A stretch of DNA of 63,017 nt, counting the filler, from Collodictyon triciliatum (Eukaryota), in assembly GCA_043381765.1 (NCBI GenBank). It is 10 parts of 10 records of this genome, joined end to end, with 100 filler letters (N's around TTAATTAATTAA, not from the genome) between each part and the next. Parts side by side here need not be neighbours in the genome. Positions count along the whole stretch, not along the records: positions 8,140 to 16,171 come from JBHJMP010003620.1; positions 16,272 to 24,302 come from JBHJMP010003621.1; positions 24,403 to 32,432 come from JBHJMP010003622.1; 7 more parts are not named here. One strand, written 5' to 3'. Below, piece after piece: positions 12,875 through 25,114 of the stretch (positions are counted from its first letter, which is position 1; each line of letters opens with the position of its first letter). Position numbers and translations under genes: made by a program. Under the pieces are notes generated by a model that worked only from the letters and a program-made list of their open reading frames with translations, was not told the origin of the DNA and did not search any database.

Positions 12875-14243
12875 TCATTCTTTTACCCTGCGCCGACGCC
12901 TCTTTCTCTCACAAGCGATTGGTGTTTCTATGGTCTGATCGATAAAATTGATATTTCCTTCCGACTCTAGTGAACCCATGATGCGATATTTTTCCTTGTC
13001 TTGCTCTGGTAAATCTCTCCACAGTTGTCCGATTTTTCGCATCAACTCTTGGTTCGACAGAAAGGGGTGTGACCTTCTGACTGAGGGCCGGATAAAGTTG
13101 CTAAATTCCAAGAATGGCCGAATAAACTTCTTTCCTTGGAATGTATTCCTTGAGAGTCTTTCTGGGAAGGCGTGCTGCTCCTCATGAAATGTGAATTGTT
13201 GAGTGTCGCCTTCGTTTCTCTCAATATTAATTCTTTTTTTCCCTGTAGCATAGTCAAAGAAAACAGTATCCTCTATCGGGGGATTTAATGGAGATTTTTC
13301 ACGATTTATAAGGTTTGAATCCTCTCCAGACTTTGAATCCGCTATGAAAAATCCAATTATATGTATTAGATTCGATGAAAGAATAAAGTTTTATTTTGAA
13401 ATATTTTTATTTACAATTTCGAGGACAACCTAGATTGCGCATATAACAAAAAAAATAATGTTTTTTTCAACGGTTTCCCTAATGTCATTCAAAATATATA
13501 TAAAAAAAGAATTATATTTACTTACATGTCGTTTCCGGTAGAGATGTAGAAGTATTGCCCATTAAAGGATTTACTGAATCTTCTCTGAAGAAATCGCTAT
13601 TGTAAAATAGAAAATAATCGAATGCTTCAATTTGGTCGATATATCTAATATCTTCTTGGTCTGCTTCTGAGTTAAATGTATTCAGGTCATTCGCAGCCTC
13701 CGTATTTCCATGTGCGGTTTGAGTATTCGCTGATAGAGTGCGATTTTAGAATGTTATAAATTAATTAATTTCTTTGAACCAAAAAGTAAAAAATAACTCG
13801 GCAATCATAAGAAAATATGTAAAAGTATTTTGAGTCATACGTGTTAGAGATATGTATGCATCATACGCTGAGAAGGGATCGTGATCGATTTGCACCATGC
13901 CACGCTCGAATGGAATTGACGCGGGGGGTTTCTCATGAGCCAATACAGGGAAAAAATTCCTTGTAGGCATATTTGTGTCGGGAATGATATGCTGGAACTT
14001 AGTTACCTGAGAACTGTTCTCATTGTTTGGGTTCCACACCTCAGACTCTGATTGGATATTAATTTCTGCTAATGCATTCATGTCATCTTGCTTACTCTCA
14101 TTATCAGAGTAAAAATAAGTAAGAGTATTATCAGGGAGAAACAGCATTTTCTTATGCTCAAGGGCTTCCTCCTCGACAGCAAAGGGGGTTTCGATGGCAG
14201 CAACCCGTTTCTTACTCTTGCGATACCTCCACGATACGTACAT
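12875..14243 (-). CDS. HMG-box transcription factor, paralog 2 (3 exons: ~14243-13841, ~13729-13526, ~13341-12875)
   Basis: Phase-1 GT-AG introns join MYVSWRYRKSKK... to KKFIRPFLEFSNFIRPSVRRSHPFLSNQELMRKIGQLWRDLPEQDKEKY (HMG box), then NFIDQT and RKRRRRR. Confidence 0.85.
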
Positions 14244-16074
14244 TATGATGGTTGTACTTCCTCAGCTTTGTGTCCCTTTGTAACTATTTAAATCGGACCG
14301 CGTACTCCCAATGATGTTATGGGATATCTTGCACTGCTTGACGGCTGGTGTTCAAATAAGTTTCTAATAGAAAAAAGAATATAGGGCCCACACGGAGGGG
14401 TAAACATTTTTTAGAACATCAACATCGAGTAGTTCAGAGGCAAACCAAACAAGTCAAGTTCAACATGTTCTTTAATATGGAGGTTTTTTTTGTTTTTTTT
14501 ATTCCTTTGTTTTGTTTGTCATCCTTGCTTTGGTTTAGTTTTCGACTAGTTTTGTACTATATCATAGCGTTTTCTTCCAATTCGATTTGATTCGATTTGA
14601 TTTGGTCTGATTGGGTCTGTTTGGGTTTGTTTGCTTTGTTTGCTTTGTTTGCTTTGTTTGCTTTGTTTGCTTTGTTTGCTTTGTTATTGACTTGTCTTGC
14701 TGGCTTGCTCAGGTCTAGTCTGGTTTGTTTGCTTTGTTTGTGACAATACGGATCCTTCCCTTCTTTAATGAAAGTTGGCTCGTCTAAAATATATGATAAT
14801 TCCTGTGTCTGTTTTCGTCTTTGGTCGGATGACTAATCCGTCATAAAACAAGCCAATACAAGCACACGCACCAGCGGAACAGAGGCTGCTGAATGTCAAA
14901 TTTCTATATACGGAAATACAAACAAGGAGTTTCCCACTGAATAATTAATTTTTTATTTTTGCTTTGCTTTGCCATCAGGGAATTGTGCGAATGGCACGGA
15001 AAAAGGAACAGCGAGTCTTGAAAGTGCGCAGTGATTGATGCGGCTATTACGACAGCCAGTCGGAAGTTGCAGCAAGGACTGTAGTCAAGTCATGAAGAAT
15101 TCATACTCGCAGGGAAATGCAGGAGCTTGAGAGTTAAGGCACGAGAAGATCGATCCTATAACTATTGGCCACTGTTGTTTGCGCTGCCTGCAGCTACCGC
15201 TTAAACCTGTTCACACATACCTGAATTTCTCAAAAATTCAATGTCCTTTCCCCACGTTTGGCATTCGTCTGGGGTACTCACTGTTTCATGTTTGAACGCC
15301 ACGATATGAATCATGACAATCACATCCACGCCCAAACAAGATATCCACGCCCGGAATAGACGTGGGTGGTAGCACATAGAAAAGAAAATCTGCAATATAT
15401 CCACAGAGATAGAATTGACACGCTGCAGAGTCAAGTATGTCCGTTTAACACAGTGAGACGCGTTACAATTGGCCGCTAAAAAAAAAAAAATGACAGAAAG
15501 AGGCTAAACGTCGCATTTAGACATTGCCACCTTTATAATTTCGTGCTGCAATCGCATAGATATCGCTTCAATTTTGGTGATGGACTAAGAAAGAAAAAAA
15601 AAAGAATCAGAGTCACAATCGATATGCAGATGCACACGGGTGAACCGTGCGTGGATGATATAAGGGAACTTTTTGAATGTCCACAAAGTTCGACCTCTTT
15701 CGCTTTATCTCATGAACCCTAAGGAGAATCTTTAACCGGCAGTACAGCCGTCTACCCCTCGACCAAAGGAATATCTTAAAGCCTTTGGTGGTGATTGAGG
15801 CCACGTTAAGTTCAGGAAAGAATGCATAAATATTTACACCGTGGTGTTCTAACCATATTTTACTATGGACTTGTATATTTTCAATATCCAAAGTGCTTTA
15901 TTATGTTTTTATTTATTTACTTATTTATTGTTGCATGACTCCTTGACACTTTGTATAAAATAAATGAAAAAAATCATATTTTAAATTAACGATTGTGTTT
16001 ATTTAACATTTAGACTCAAAAAAAAAAGGAGGGGTCTTTTTTGTTACCTAGTTGGAGGAGATTCCCCCACCCCC

Positions 16075-16171
<97 letters not shown>

Positions 16172-16271
16172 NNNNNNNNNNNNNNNNNNNNNNNNNNNNN
16201 NNNNNNNNNNNNNNNTTAATTAATTAANNNNNNNNNNNNNNNNNNNNNNNNNNNNNNNNNNNNNNNNNNNN

Positions 16272-17032
16272 GGGGGGGGGTATCATATTCTCACCTTTGA
16301 GATTCATCTCAAGACGAAGGGCTTTTTTCGTGTCACTACTCACCGCGGGGGACCCAGACAAAATCAGATGGATTGCTTGCTCCAGCTTTTCATCTTTGAA
16401 GATGGGGTCTCTAAAAGATGAATATGAGAAATTGTAAAGTTTGTTATTCAGATAAATACACATCTTTCTACATAAAGAGAATAAAGAGAATAAAGAGACG
16501 ATAGAGTGATAGAGTGATAGAGTGATAGAGTGATAGAGTGATAGAGAAAATGAGAAAATGAGAAAATGAGAAAATGAGAAATGGGTAAAAAAAAAAAAAT
16601 GCACAAACAACAAATAAACAGACAGACAAATTTCATTTTAATTTTTTGGACATATTGCATTATGGATATCGATACTTCAAATTCAACTTACACCAGCGAT
16701 TGCGACGACCAAATATGAGATGGATTCTCCCGGACAATTTTAATCAGCATCGCCAGCAGGAACAAACAGTTGAACTGATTCATGCACATTCCGGCGGTCA
16801 GTTCAGTTGTGACCAATTGATGGCCAATATGTTCGAGTAATTTCTGTATTCCAAAATAAATATCGAAGTTAGAAACCACTATGAATCGAATAAAGAGGAA
16901 AGAAACATCAAAGTAAGAAAATATCAACAAATTGGGGAAACAATGAAATTATTTAACCTCTCGAGCAGGTTCGGGGGTCATGAGAATATCAGTATTCTCT
17001 TGGGCAGTCGACATAAGAGGTTCTATAGTCAT
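16272..17032 (-). CDS. Hypothetical protein, 5' part (3 exons), cut by scaffold end
   Basis: In-frame splicing gives MTIEPLMSTAQENTDILMTPEPARE|KLLEHIGHQLV...SSQSLV|DPIFKDEKLEQAIHLILSGSP...; no family recognised. Confidence 0.5.
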
Positions 17033-19178
17033 AGTATTTATATCAGAACATTTCGGGGTGGGGATGAATCAGCGTGCATTCGAGATTAGTAGGGGTTGAA
17101 TAGGCTGAAGAAAAGGTACACCCATCAAATAGTTGGTTTAACTGGTAAAAGATTCACGTGGCAGCAATTATTTATGTAGATATTTGATATGTTGATATTT
17201 ATTCTTGTACATGATTTCTCCATAGTATAGATGATCTCAATTTACTAACAAGATTCTGAATTTTTCATAATAACGAAGAAAAAGAGAAAATAATAATAGG
17301 AGGGGATGTTGTATTCGATGCATGATATTGATCCTCCCATAAATATGTACGTATTGTGCTGCTGAAATGAAAGAAATGTGATATGAGCTCTCAGTTGAAT
17401 AGGTTGTGGTTTTGGGGTGATTATCTTGCCAATCCATTATGCTCCTTAATAGGAACATGTCATGCATCAGTTCAGAAAAAATAAAGAGATACGAACAAAT
17501 AATGGAAGGGTAACTTATTTTTAGTTCATGGGGTATTATTACATCGAAGCTGAAACACTAAACGATGTAGAAATATATTCATATATTTTTTCTAAAGTTT
17601 GGATGGCTTAAGAAGCCGCGATGGTTGGGCAAACTTGGAGAGCGATAAGCTGATGAGAAAATCTGAGTTAGAATTTTGACAGGAAACAAAAAAAAAAAAA
17701 GAACATGTGGAAAAAATGGAAAAAACAGTCAATAAATAATTTAGGGATGATAAGATGAAGGAAAAGGGGAGAATGAACGAGAAAGGATATGATGATTTAA
17801 GGGATTCATCACTCTGACCGCGACGCTGCTCTTGGGAGCTGGAATAATTAATCTTCTCAATGAATGTGTCCCCTTTATTGAATTGTGGGGTTCTTGTGAA
17901 GTTGATTGATACCAAAATGCATATTGATCGGTAAAAGTGAAGGATACATCTCTACAGTTTTACATGAGCGCACCATATGCGAGTGACCTACTGCATGCAT
18001 AGGTATAACAGTCTAGACCTCGACTAACGACCACAGAAAGACATCAACAGATGAAATAGGACCGGGCTGTGCCGTCAGAATGGTGCGATCTATTATCAAA
18101 GTTTAAATAAATTTGGTGTAAGTCCTTGATGATGCACCATAGGGAAAATATCCCTGTCCCCTACCATTATTCTGGGTGTTGTAGGCCGGGAGTTAATATA
18201 GGTTTTAAAAACGTATTACAGAGGAGGCATAATAACGTGAGTTTATAACCGTTTTTTTTTTTTCATTCTATTGTCTTTGGGACGCAAGAAAATGTGGCGT
18301 TCTGGTTTACGCGAACAGGTCGCATCATTTACAATTTTCAATGACTCACACGAATCAAACAATAAAATATTAAACCCCACCACCACCACCAGCAGCAGCG
18401 CGCACAAGCCGGATGACCCTCCAACTCCTTTAAATATGAATCTTCCAGAATGCTCCGTCAGAATGTCCGCGATGGTCATTGTAAGAGTAAGAATAATCGA
18501 AATATAAATATAATGTGAGTNNNNNNNNNNNNNNNNNNNNNNNNNNNNNNNNNNNNNNNNNNNNNNNNNNNNNNNNNNNNNNNNNNNNNNNNNNNNNNNN
18601 NNNNNNNNNNNNNNNNNNNNNNNNNNNNNNNNNNNNNNNNNNNNNNNNNNNNNNNNNNNNNNNNNNNNNNNNNNNNNNNNNNNNNNNNNNNNNNNNNNNN
18701 NNNNNNNNNNNNNNNNNNNNNNNNNNNNNNNNNNNNNNNNNNNNNNNNNNNNNNNNNNNNNNNNNNNNNNNNNNNNNNNNNNNNNNNNNNNNNNNNNNNN
18801 NNNNNNNNNNNNNNNNNNNNNNNNNNNNNNNNNNNNNNNNNNNNNNNNNNNNNNNNNNNNNNNNNNNNNNNNNNNNNNNNNNNNNNNTTGTCTTTTGTGC
18901 GCTTGCGCTTTATTTAATCATAAGCGTATGATGAAAAGGGGCATTTATAGTCGTCATTTATATTATTGCAGTTACGCACTCACTTTCAGATAAAGCTGCA
19001 AACGCCCAAAGGTGACATTTCTTTGTTTTTGTTTTTGTTTTTGTTTTTGTTTTTGTTTTTGTTTTTGTTTTTGTTTTTGTTTTTGTTTTTGTTTTTGTTT
19101 TTGTTTTTGTTTTTGTTTATTCGTTTCAAACTCACGCAAGACCCAAAACTAAAGCCAGCCGCGCCAAAGCTGACGAAG

Positions 19179-21439
19179 ATGAGCGTGCAGTCACGCTTCA
19201 TGCAACACTTGAAAGATTTCCTCTGTTTGATTGGTAAGTCCCCTCAGGAAGGTTTTCTTTTTAATTTCTACAGTTCCACGTTTTCCTTTCTTCCTTTCTT
19301 CCTTTCTTCCTTTCTTCCTTTCTTCCTTTCTTCCTTTCCTTCTCTTATTCCTTTGTTTTCTCTCTTATCCATAACAACAAAGGCTCGGACGAGATTGCAG
19401 AGGCACTGTCAAAGCCCGAACACCAGACAAACTTCATATGCGCTCCTTTGGAAAAAGTTGGTGTGTTTGTTCACGACTGTCTAGTAGGTTTTAATTCATT
19501 CCAATTCAATTCAATTCAATTCAGTTGCATTCATATATATATGTATTACATTTATTGCTCATATCACAATACAGAATTACATCAAACAAAGAGGTACATT
19601 TCTCCACTGGAATAGCTCTAATGTATAGTAAACGCACATAAACGAATGCAGGAGCTCTTTGAGGCGAAGCAGCCTAATCCCACTGCTGATGAATTGGATG
19701 TTGGACAAGAGGGTTCGACATATTTTAGTTTCATTTCGCGAAGTGTTTGTGCTTTGTTGATATTGTTCAATCTATCTTTTAATTTTTTGAAGACACATAT
19801 TCTCTACTGCATTCTGTTTTTGCCGCCCCTCCTTTTTTTTTTTTTTTTCACACTCATCATATTTACACCGTGTTAAATTGTTTGTAACATATACTCAAAT
19901 ATTGTGGGGTATTTTTAATGCGAGAGGCCAATCAAATACACACAGATATAGCGAGCCTGATAGGCTCAGGATTGAATGTGGATATAGAAGCAGATATGAA
20001 CGAAAAGTTTGCGGGCAATGTGTATCTATCTGGTCAAGAGAATACATTCGAGAAGAAAAACGACCAATCGAATGCGATGAATGCCTCAAATAGCCCACCT
20101 GCTAAGAGACCTAAAGTCGATGTTTTATCACTTATCACGGACACAAAAGAGGAGGTGCGCTGTAATTTTCTTGCCATTAACGCCGTATCAAAAATCACTT
20201 GTACATATGATAGCCTGGAATTTGAAAAAGATTGATAAGGAATATCTTCAATTTTAGTTGAATGTAATACTAACTGTAATCAAAAATATGTGTGATAAAA
20301 TTGATGACGCAATACAATTTAATTAATGCAATAATTCTGCAATTTTTAATCAAAAAAAAAAAGCTCAAGAAGAAAATCAATTCATTCATCGAAAAGAAAA
20401 GGCAGCAAAATAACATTAGTAATCAACTCGAATTCTGTAATCGCACAGGTGAGTGCATAAATTTTTACATGAGCAACATTACATAATTAAAAACACGATG
20501 AATTTCCCTCTATTCTTTTTCTCTTGCTTCACCACCCATCTGCGCTGCATACAAGATGGAAAATATTTAAAGATCGGGGTTCCTATTAAAATGATTAGAC
20601 GCGCCTTCGGATGAACCAACCTGCTCTCGAATAGATGCTTGTGTCGATGAAAGAAGCTCAAAAGTCAGAATAACTCGCGCTGACACATCGCAAGTTGTCA
20701 CTGTAACACCTGAAAAGTATGGAGAACCACCGCTCTTTTGCATCGACCTGACTGAAGTTCCTGATGGTGTGGATGAAAGAGTTCGTAACGCAGAATATTA
20801 TCTGCGAGTGAAGAAAAGTGCGGCTTGAATCCATCGTTTACTCATAGAGCTTTTTATTTTTATTCATTTTCTCCATTAAACATTCGCTCAATTACAACTG
20901 CAAGGTGTGATGTCCGATGAATATTGATTCCTCCCTAATTAATTTTATTTCATATTTATCGCTATTTATCATACCATTTTGCTAATACTTGATAATTTAT
21001 TTACATTCAGCATCAGCACATTAAAATATTCAACCTCCCACTTTTTTCTTTTTTTTTTTGCTCCTATTTATATATAATTATGTGACAGCGGGCGCAGTGC
21101 CAAAGGATGTGTACCAGCGACTCAGAGCCATCGAGACACGGATTTTGGAGATTGAGCATAACGGAACTTTGGCCAAAGTGAAGGAATGGGAAGGTGGTAT
21201 GCATCGGCTTTGCATTTTGTTTATATTTTTACGTCCTTTTCAAGGCTTCTGACAGTTATGCATATAGTTCCTTCTTTTGTTTTGTTCTTATAAGAGATAG
21301 CCTCTGAAAATAATTGCACTGAAGAATTCTAGAATATTAAACTTGCATATTGGTTTGGTTGGTTTTCATGGCAGACTCGGAGACGAACCGAACTGCAGAC
21401 ACAACAAAGAAAGCATTCAATCGAATGCCGAGGTTCTAA
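19179..21439 (+). CDS. MBIP: MBIP-like protein (MAP3K12-binding inhibitory protein / ATAC complex subunit), multi-exon
   Basis: Exons encode LKKKINSFIEKKRQQNNISNQLEFCN, GVDERVRNAEYYLRV and GAVPKDVYQRLRAIETRILEIE, matching the MBIP motifs RISAFIERKQ..NVREFCN, EERLQNIEAHL and GPVPRDIYQRIKKLEDKILELE in the same order. Confidence 0.78.
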
Positions 21440-21888
21440 ATGACTTTTATTCAGGCGATTATCTGACATTTTATTCAACTTCAAAGAAAATATTACATAA
21501 TTTCAAATAAATTAATTTGAACTTTAATAAAAGGCTCACTATCAATTTTTTTTAGCACCTCTTAGAAACGGGCGAAATAAAAAAAGATTTTAAAAAAGCA
21601 TTAAAAAAAGATACAAAAATAGCGCAAACAATTGGAAACCACATCCATTCCTTTTGCGACTGTCTGGCCGTTGTGTGATGTTGAAGAACGAAGCTTTTTC
21701 TCTTTTTTCAATTTAATAATATTACTGATGTACAAAATTGATTGTGTAATCATCAATTCTAAAAAATCAAACCTTATCCGAGGTATATTGGTATGAGTGG
21801 CATGTACTACAGGTTTTTTTTTTGTTGTTGTTTTTTTGAAAGTTTTTTTATTTTTTCTAGAAGTGGTGGGAAAAGTGAACCAAGCGAA

Positions 21889-23739
21889 TCACCACCCGTA
21901 TTTCCCCCGTGTTTCAGCCTTTGTCTTTTGAGAACTGGAGTTTCTTTCTTCCAACTCGTACTCTTTCTCCAAAGCCAGCACTGCGAGCGACCGAATGTGA
22001 TTCCGTGACTTTGCAACCCGAGACAGTTGCTTCTTTGCTGCTGATGACTTTGACAATAAAGAAAGATAAAGAGGGGGAAAAAAGAAGAAAAATGATGACC
22101 TTTAAAAAAGAGCACATGCGAACAAGGAGTTCGGTATATTGATACAAGTTTGAGCATGAATATTCATTCAGAAAAGAGACAGAGACAGATAATTGGAAAA
22201 AAGTTTGAGACATAATCGCGCAGTGAGGAAAAAAATAAAAAAAAAGAAGGGTATATGCGATTACTCCGTGCCCGAGGGATTTCATTCTGCCAGCATCGGT
22301 TGGAACCCAAACAGAGTTGGATACATCGCGCTGGTTAATGTCAACCACATCGATACCGCCTTGCTTTATAAACTTCCTCTTTTGTGTTGCACATGTAGAA
22401 GGGATTCTTCGATAAGCAGATTGCAGCAAGATGAAATGGAGTGAATCTAACATGAATAAAAAAAAACCTCGTTTTGGGGAATGAATTTTGATATATCTTC
22501 ATGAGATTGTCGGACTGGATTCTGCGAGGCAAGAGAGCTATGAAACATAATGGCGATTAGTTTCAAGAGCCAGCGATTCGCCGCATCTATGTTTTGTGGC
22601 TATGTATTTATTAAAACAGTGCGCATGTTTCTTAACCAAACATACTAGTTAAAATTTTCTCTTTCATGATTATACCAATTCATTAAATTGAAAATACCTT
22701 GCATTTGAGAATGAATGCGTATTTAACGGTGAGTACGCCGCATCAACCGGCAGATTATATCCAGAATATGCGTGGGTGGGATAGTATGCTCCATATGTTG
22801 TTTCTTGCATGGTGTATACATTTGTATTTTCATACGTATGATTCTGTGGGGCTTCGAACAAAGCCATTAAACGTAACATCGATTATTACTTTAAAGAACG
22901 AAAGTTTTGCATTTTTTTTTTTTATAAATACAGCATATTAATGATACATGAAAGGTAATTGCATAAATAAAAAAAAAAAAAAGAGGGGATGAAGAGAACA
23001 GATAATACGAAAATGAAAAGGAAATGAGATAAAGAATACGAAATTATTCAAGAAATAACCGAATTAAAAAAATACAGAACATAAGCCCTTAAAATACAAC
23101 ACGCTTTCATGTAGATGCTAGCGACTTACCGGGTGTGTATTGGGCAGGGTATGGATGCACAGCAGAGCCAGCAGCAGAGGCCTTCGTTTCGTGCTGCCCC
23201 AAACCTTCTCTGCTCTCTGTCGAAACAGTTCCTTCTTTCCCGTCCAAGCCATCCTCAACCCTGGGATTCAAAGCACCGATCTTTGCAGCGTAACTTGTCG
23301 CAGGCGCAACAGCAGAGTCAGAGGCTTTGCTTGGAAGGTGTCTGCCCAAGTGTGCCGGGTCGAAGAACGCTGCGGGAATGCTTTCGTTTTGAGACTCGAG
23401 CGTGTGATCAAAGTCGGTGTCTGCCGCAAGTTCGTTCGCTTTGCTTTTTGCTCTTGCTTTGGCTTTTGCCTTGGACTTTGCTTTCTTCGCGCCGTGGCTG
23501 CCGGTGTTCTTTGGCGCGGGGAGCGAGGAAAACAGCGGAAGATGCGACGCGGACAATGACTCGTTTTCTGTTGCGTCTTTTTCAGGGGAGTCTGACTCGC
23601 GGGAGGCTTTGAGGGAATGTGTCTGAGAGGCTTCTGGAGTCTTTGAGGAACGGACTGGGCTTTGTTTCGGCTGCGGGTTGTGATCGTGATCGGAAGACGC
23701 GTCTGATCCGTAGTCCAGGCTGACGAGAGAGGACGCCAT
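21889..23739 (-). CDS. PRCC: PRCC-like protein (proline-rich, MAD2B-interacting/splicing-associated), multi-exon
   Basis: N-terminal MASSLVSLDYGSD, internal LFSSLPAPK, and last exon KSRNHIRSLAVLALEKEYELEERNSSSQKTKAETRGKYGW*, the PRCC C-terminal signature. Confidence 0.85.
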
Positions 23740-23801
23740 GCGCTTGATGTGTGACTCGAGTTGGTTTCGGTTTGATTGGAAGTTCTTCCCTTGTTTTTCA
23801 T

Positions 23802-23876
<75 letters not shown>

Positions 23877-24402
23877 TTAATTGGATTTAAGCTGGTTGTC
23901 CTTTTCTTCTTCTTTATTATGTGAGGTCAGCCGAACAGAACGCTTACTCCCATCGCGATACACATGAGAGATATGAACTCGCTCTTTCGGACGCCTTATG
24001 GGTCGCATGAGGAGATAAGATTAAGTGATGACACAAATAACAAGTGTGCTTGGCTTAATGATGGTGGATTGTGGTTAGATTGAATCGCATCAGGTTTACC
24101 TATGCGCCCCGCCTTCCAGAGTATGCCTTTGAAGCTGCATGGATTGGTTTCGTTCATTTAGGTAGTGTTGTCTCGTGTTGACGAGGATGCCAGGGAAAGA
24201 GAAGAGAAAAGAAGAGAAAAGAAGAGAAAAGAAGAGAAAAGAAGAGAAAAGAAGAGAAAAGAAGAGAAAAGAAGAGAAAAGAAGAGAAAAGAAGAGAAAA
24301 GANNNNNNNNNNNNNNNNNNNNNNNNNNNNNNNNNNNNNNNNNNNNTTAATTAATTAANNNNNNNNNNNNNNNNNNNNNNNNNNNNNNNNNNNNNNNNNN
24401 NN

Positions 24403-24713
24403 ATGGAAAAAAAAGAAAAGAAAAGGAAAGGAAAAGGAAAAGGAAAAGGAAAAGGAAAAAGGAAAAGGAAAAGGAAAAGGAAAAGGAAAAGGAAAAGGAA
24501 AAGGAAAAGGAAAAGGAAAAGGAAAAGGAAAAGGAAAAGGAAAAGGAAAAGGAGAAGGAAAAGGAATAGGAATAGGAAAAGGAAAAGGAAAAGGAAAAGG
24601 AAAAAAGAAAAGGAAAAAGGAAAAGGAAAAGGAAGAAGGAAGAAGGAAGAAGGAAAAGGAAAAGGAAAAGGGAAAAAAGGATGGAAAAGGAAAAGGAAAA
24701 GGAAAAGGAAAAG
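24403..24713. repeat. (GGAAAA)n degenerate microsatellite
   Basis: Visible directly at the scaffold start. Confidence 0.95.
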
Positions 24714-25114
24714 GGTTTACCCTGCTTCGACCTTCCGTCATTTCTGTCTGCGTTTTATAGGCGATCGAGTCCGTGCCTACAAACAAAACAAAGCGCAGCC
24801 CTGTGACAAAGTGGAAGAGCGACTGCATCACCGCGCATTCGAGAACAGAGAAAGTCTCCCAGAGCGTGGCTCCCCTTTCCGCTCAAAAGGCACTCTTTCT
24901 CTCTCTTTTGGATCGCTTGTTGGCTGCGCCTGCAGGAATTCCCTTCCCAACGTAAAAGTTTTTCCTCTGTCACTTTGATTGTTCATAATTTCATTTCATT
25001 GTTCTTTCTTTTCGCTTTTCCTTTCGCTTGACTGAACCCCGATTTCCAAGTCCATTATTCTTTCTCGCGTGTAGTCTTTTTTCTTTTTTTTATTTATTTA
25101 TTTAATTATTGGTT

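Noticed and set aside
14820-15900. Moderately GC-rich stretch with short ORFs upstream of HMG paralog 2
   Set aside because: No consistent spliced frame or recognisable RNA family; probably promoter or 5' UTR.
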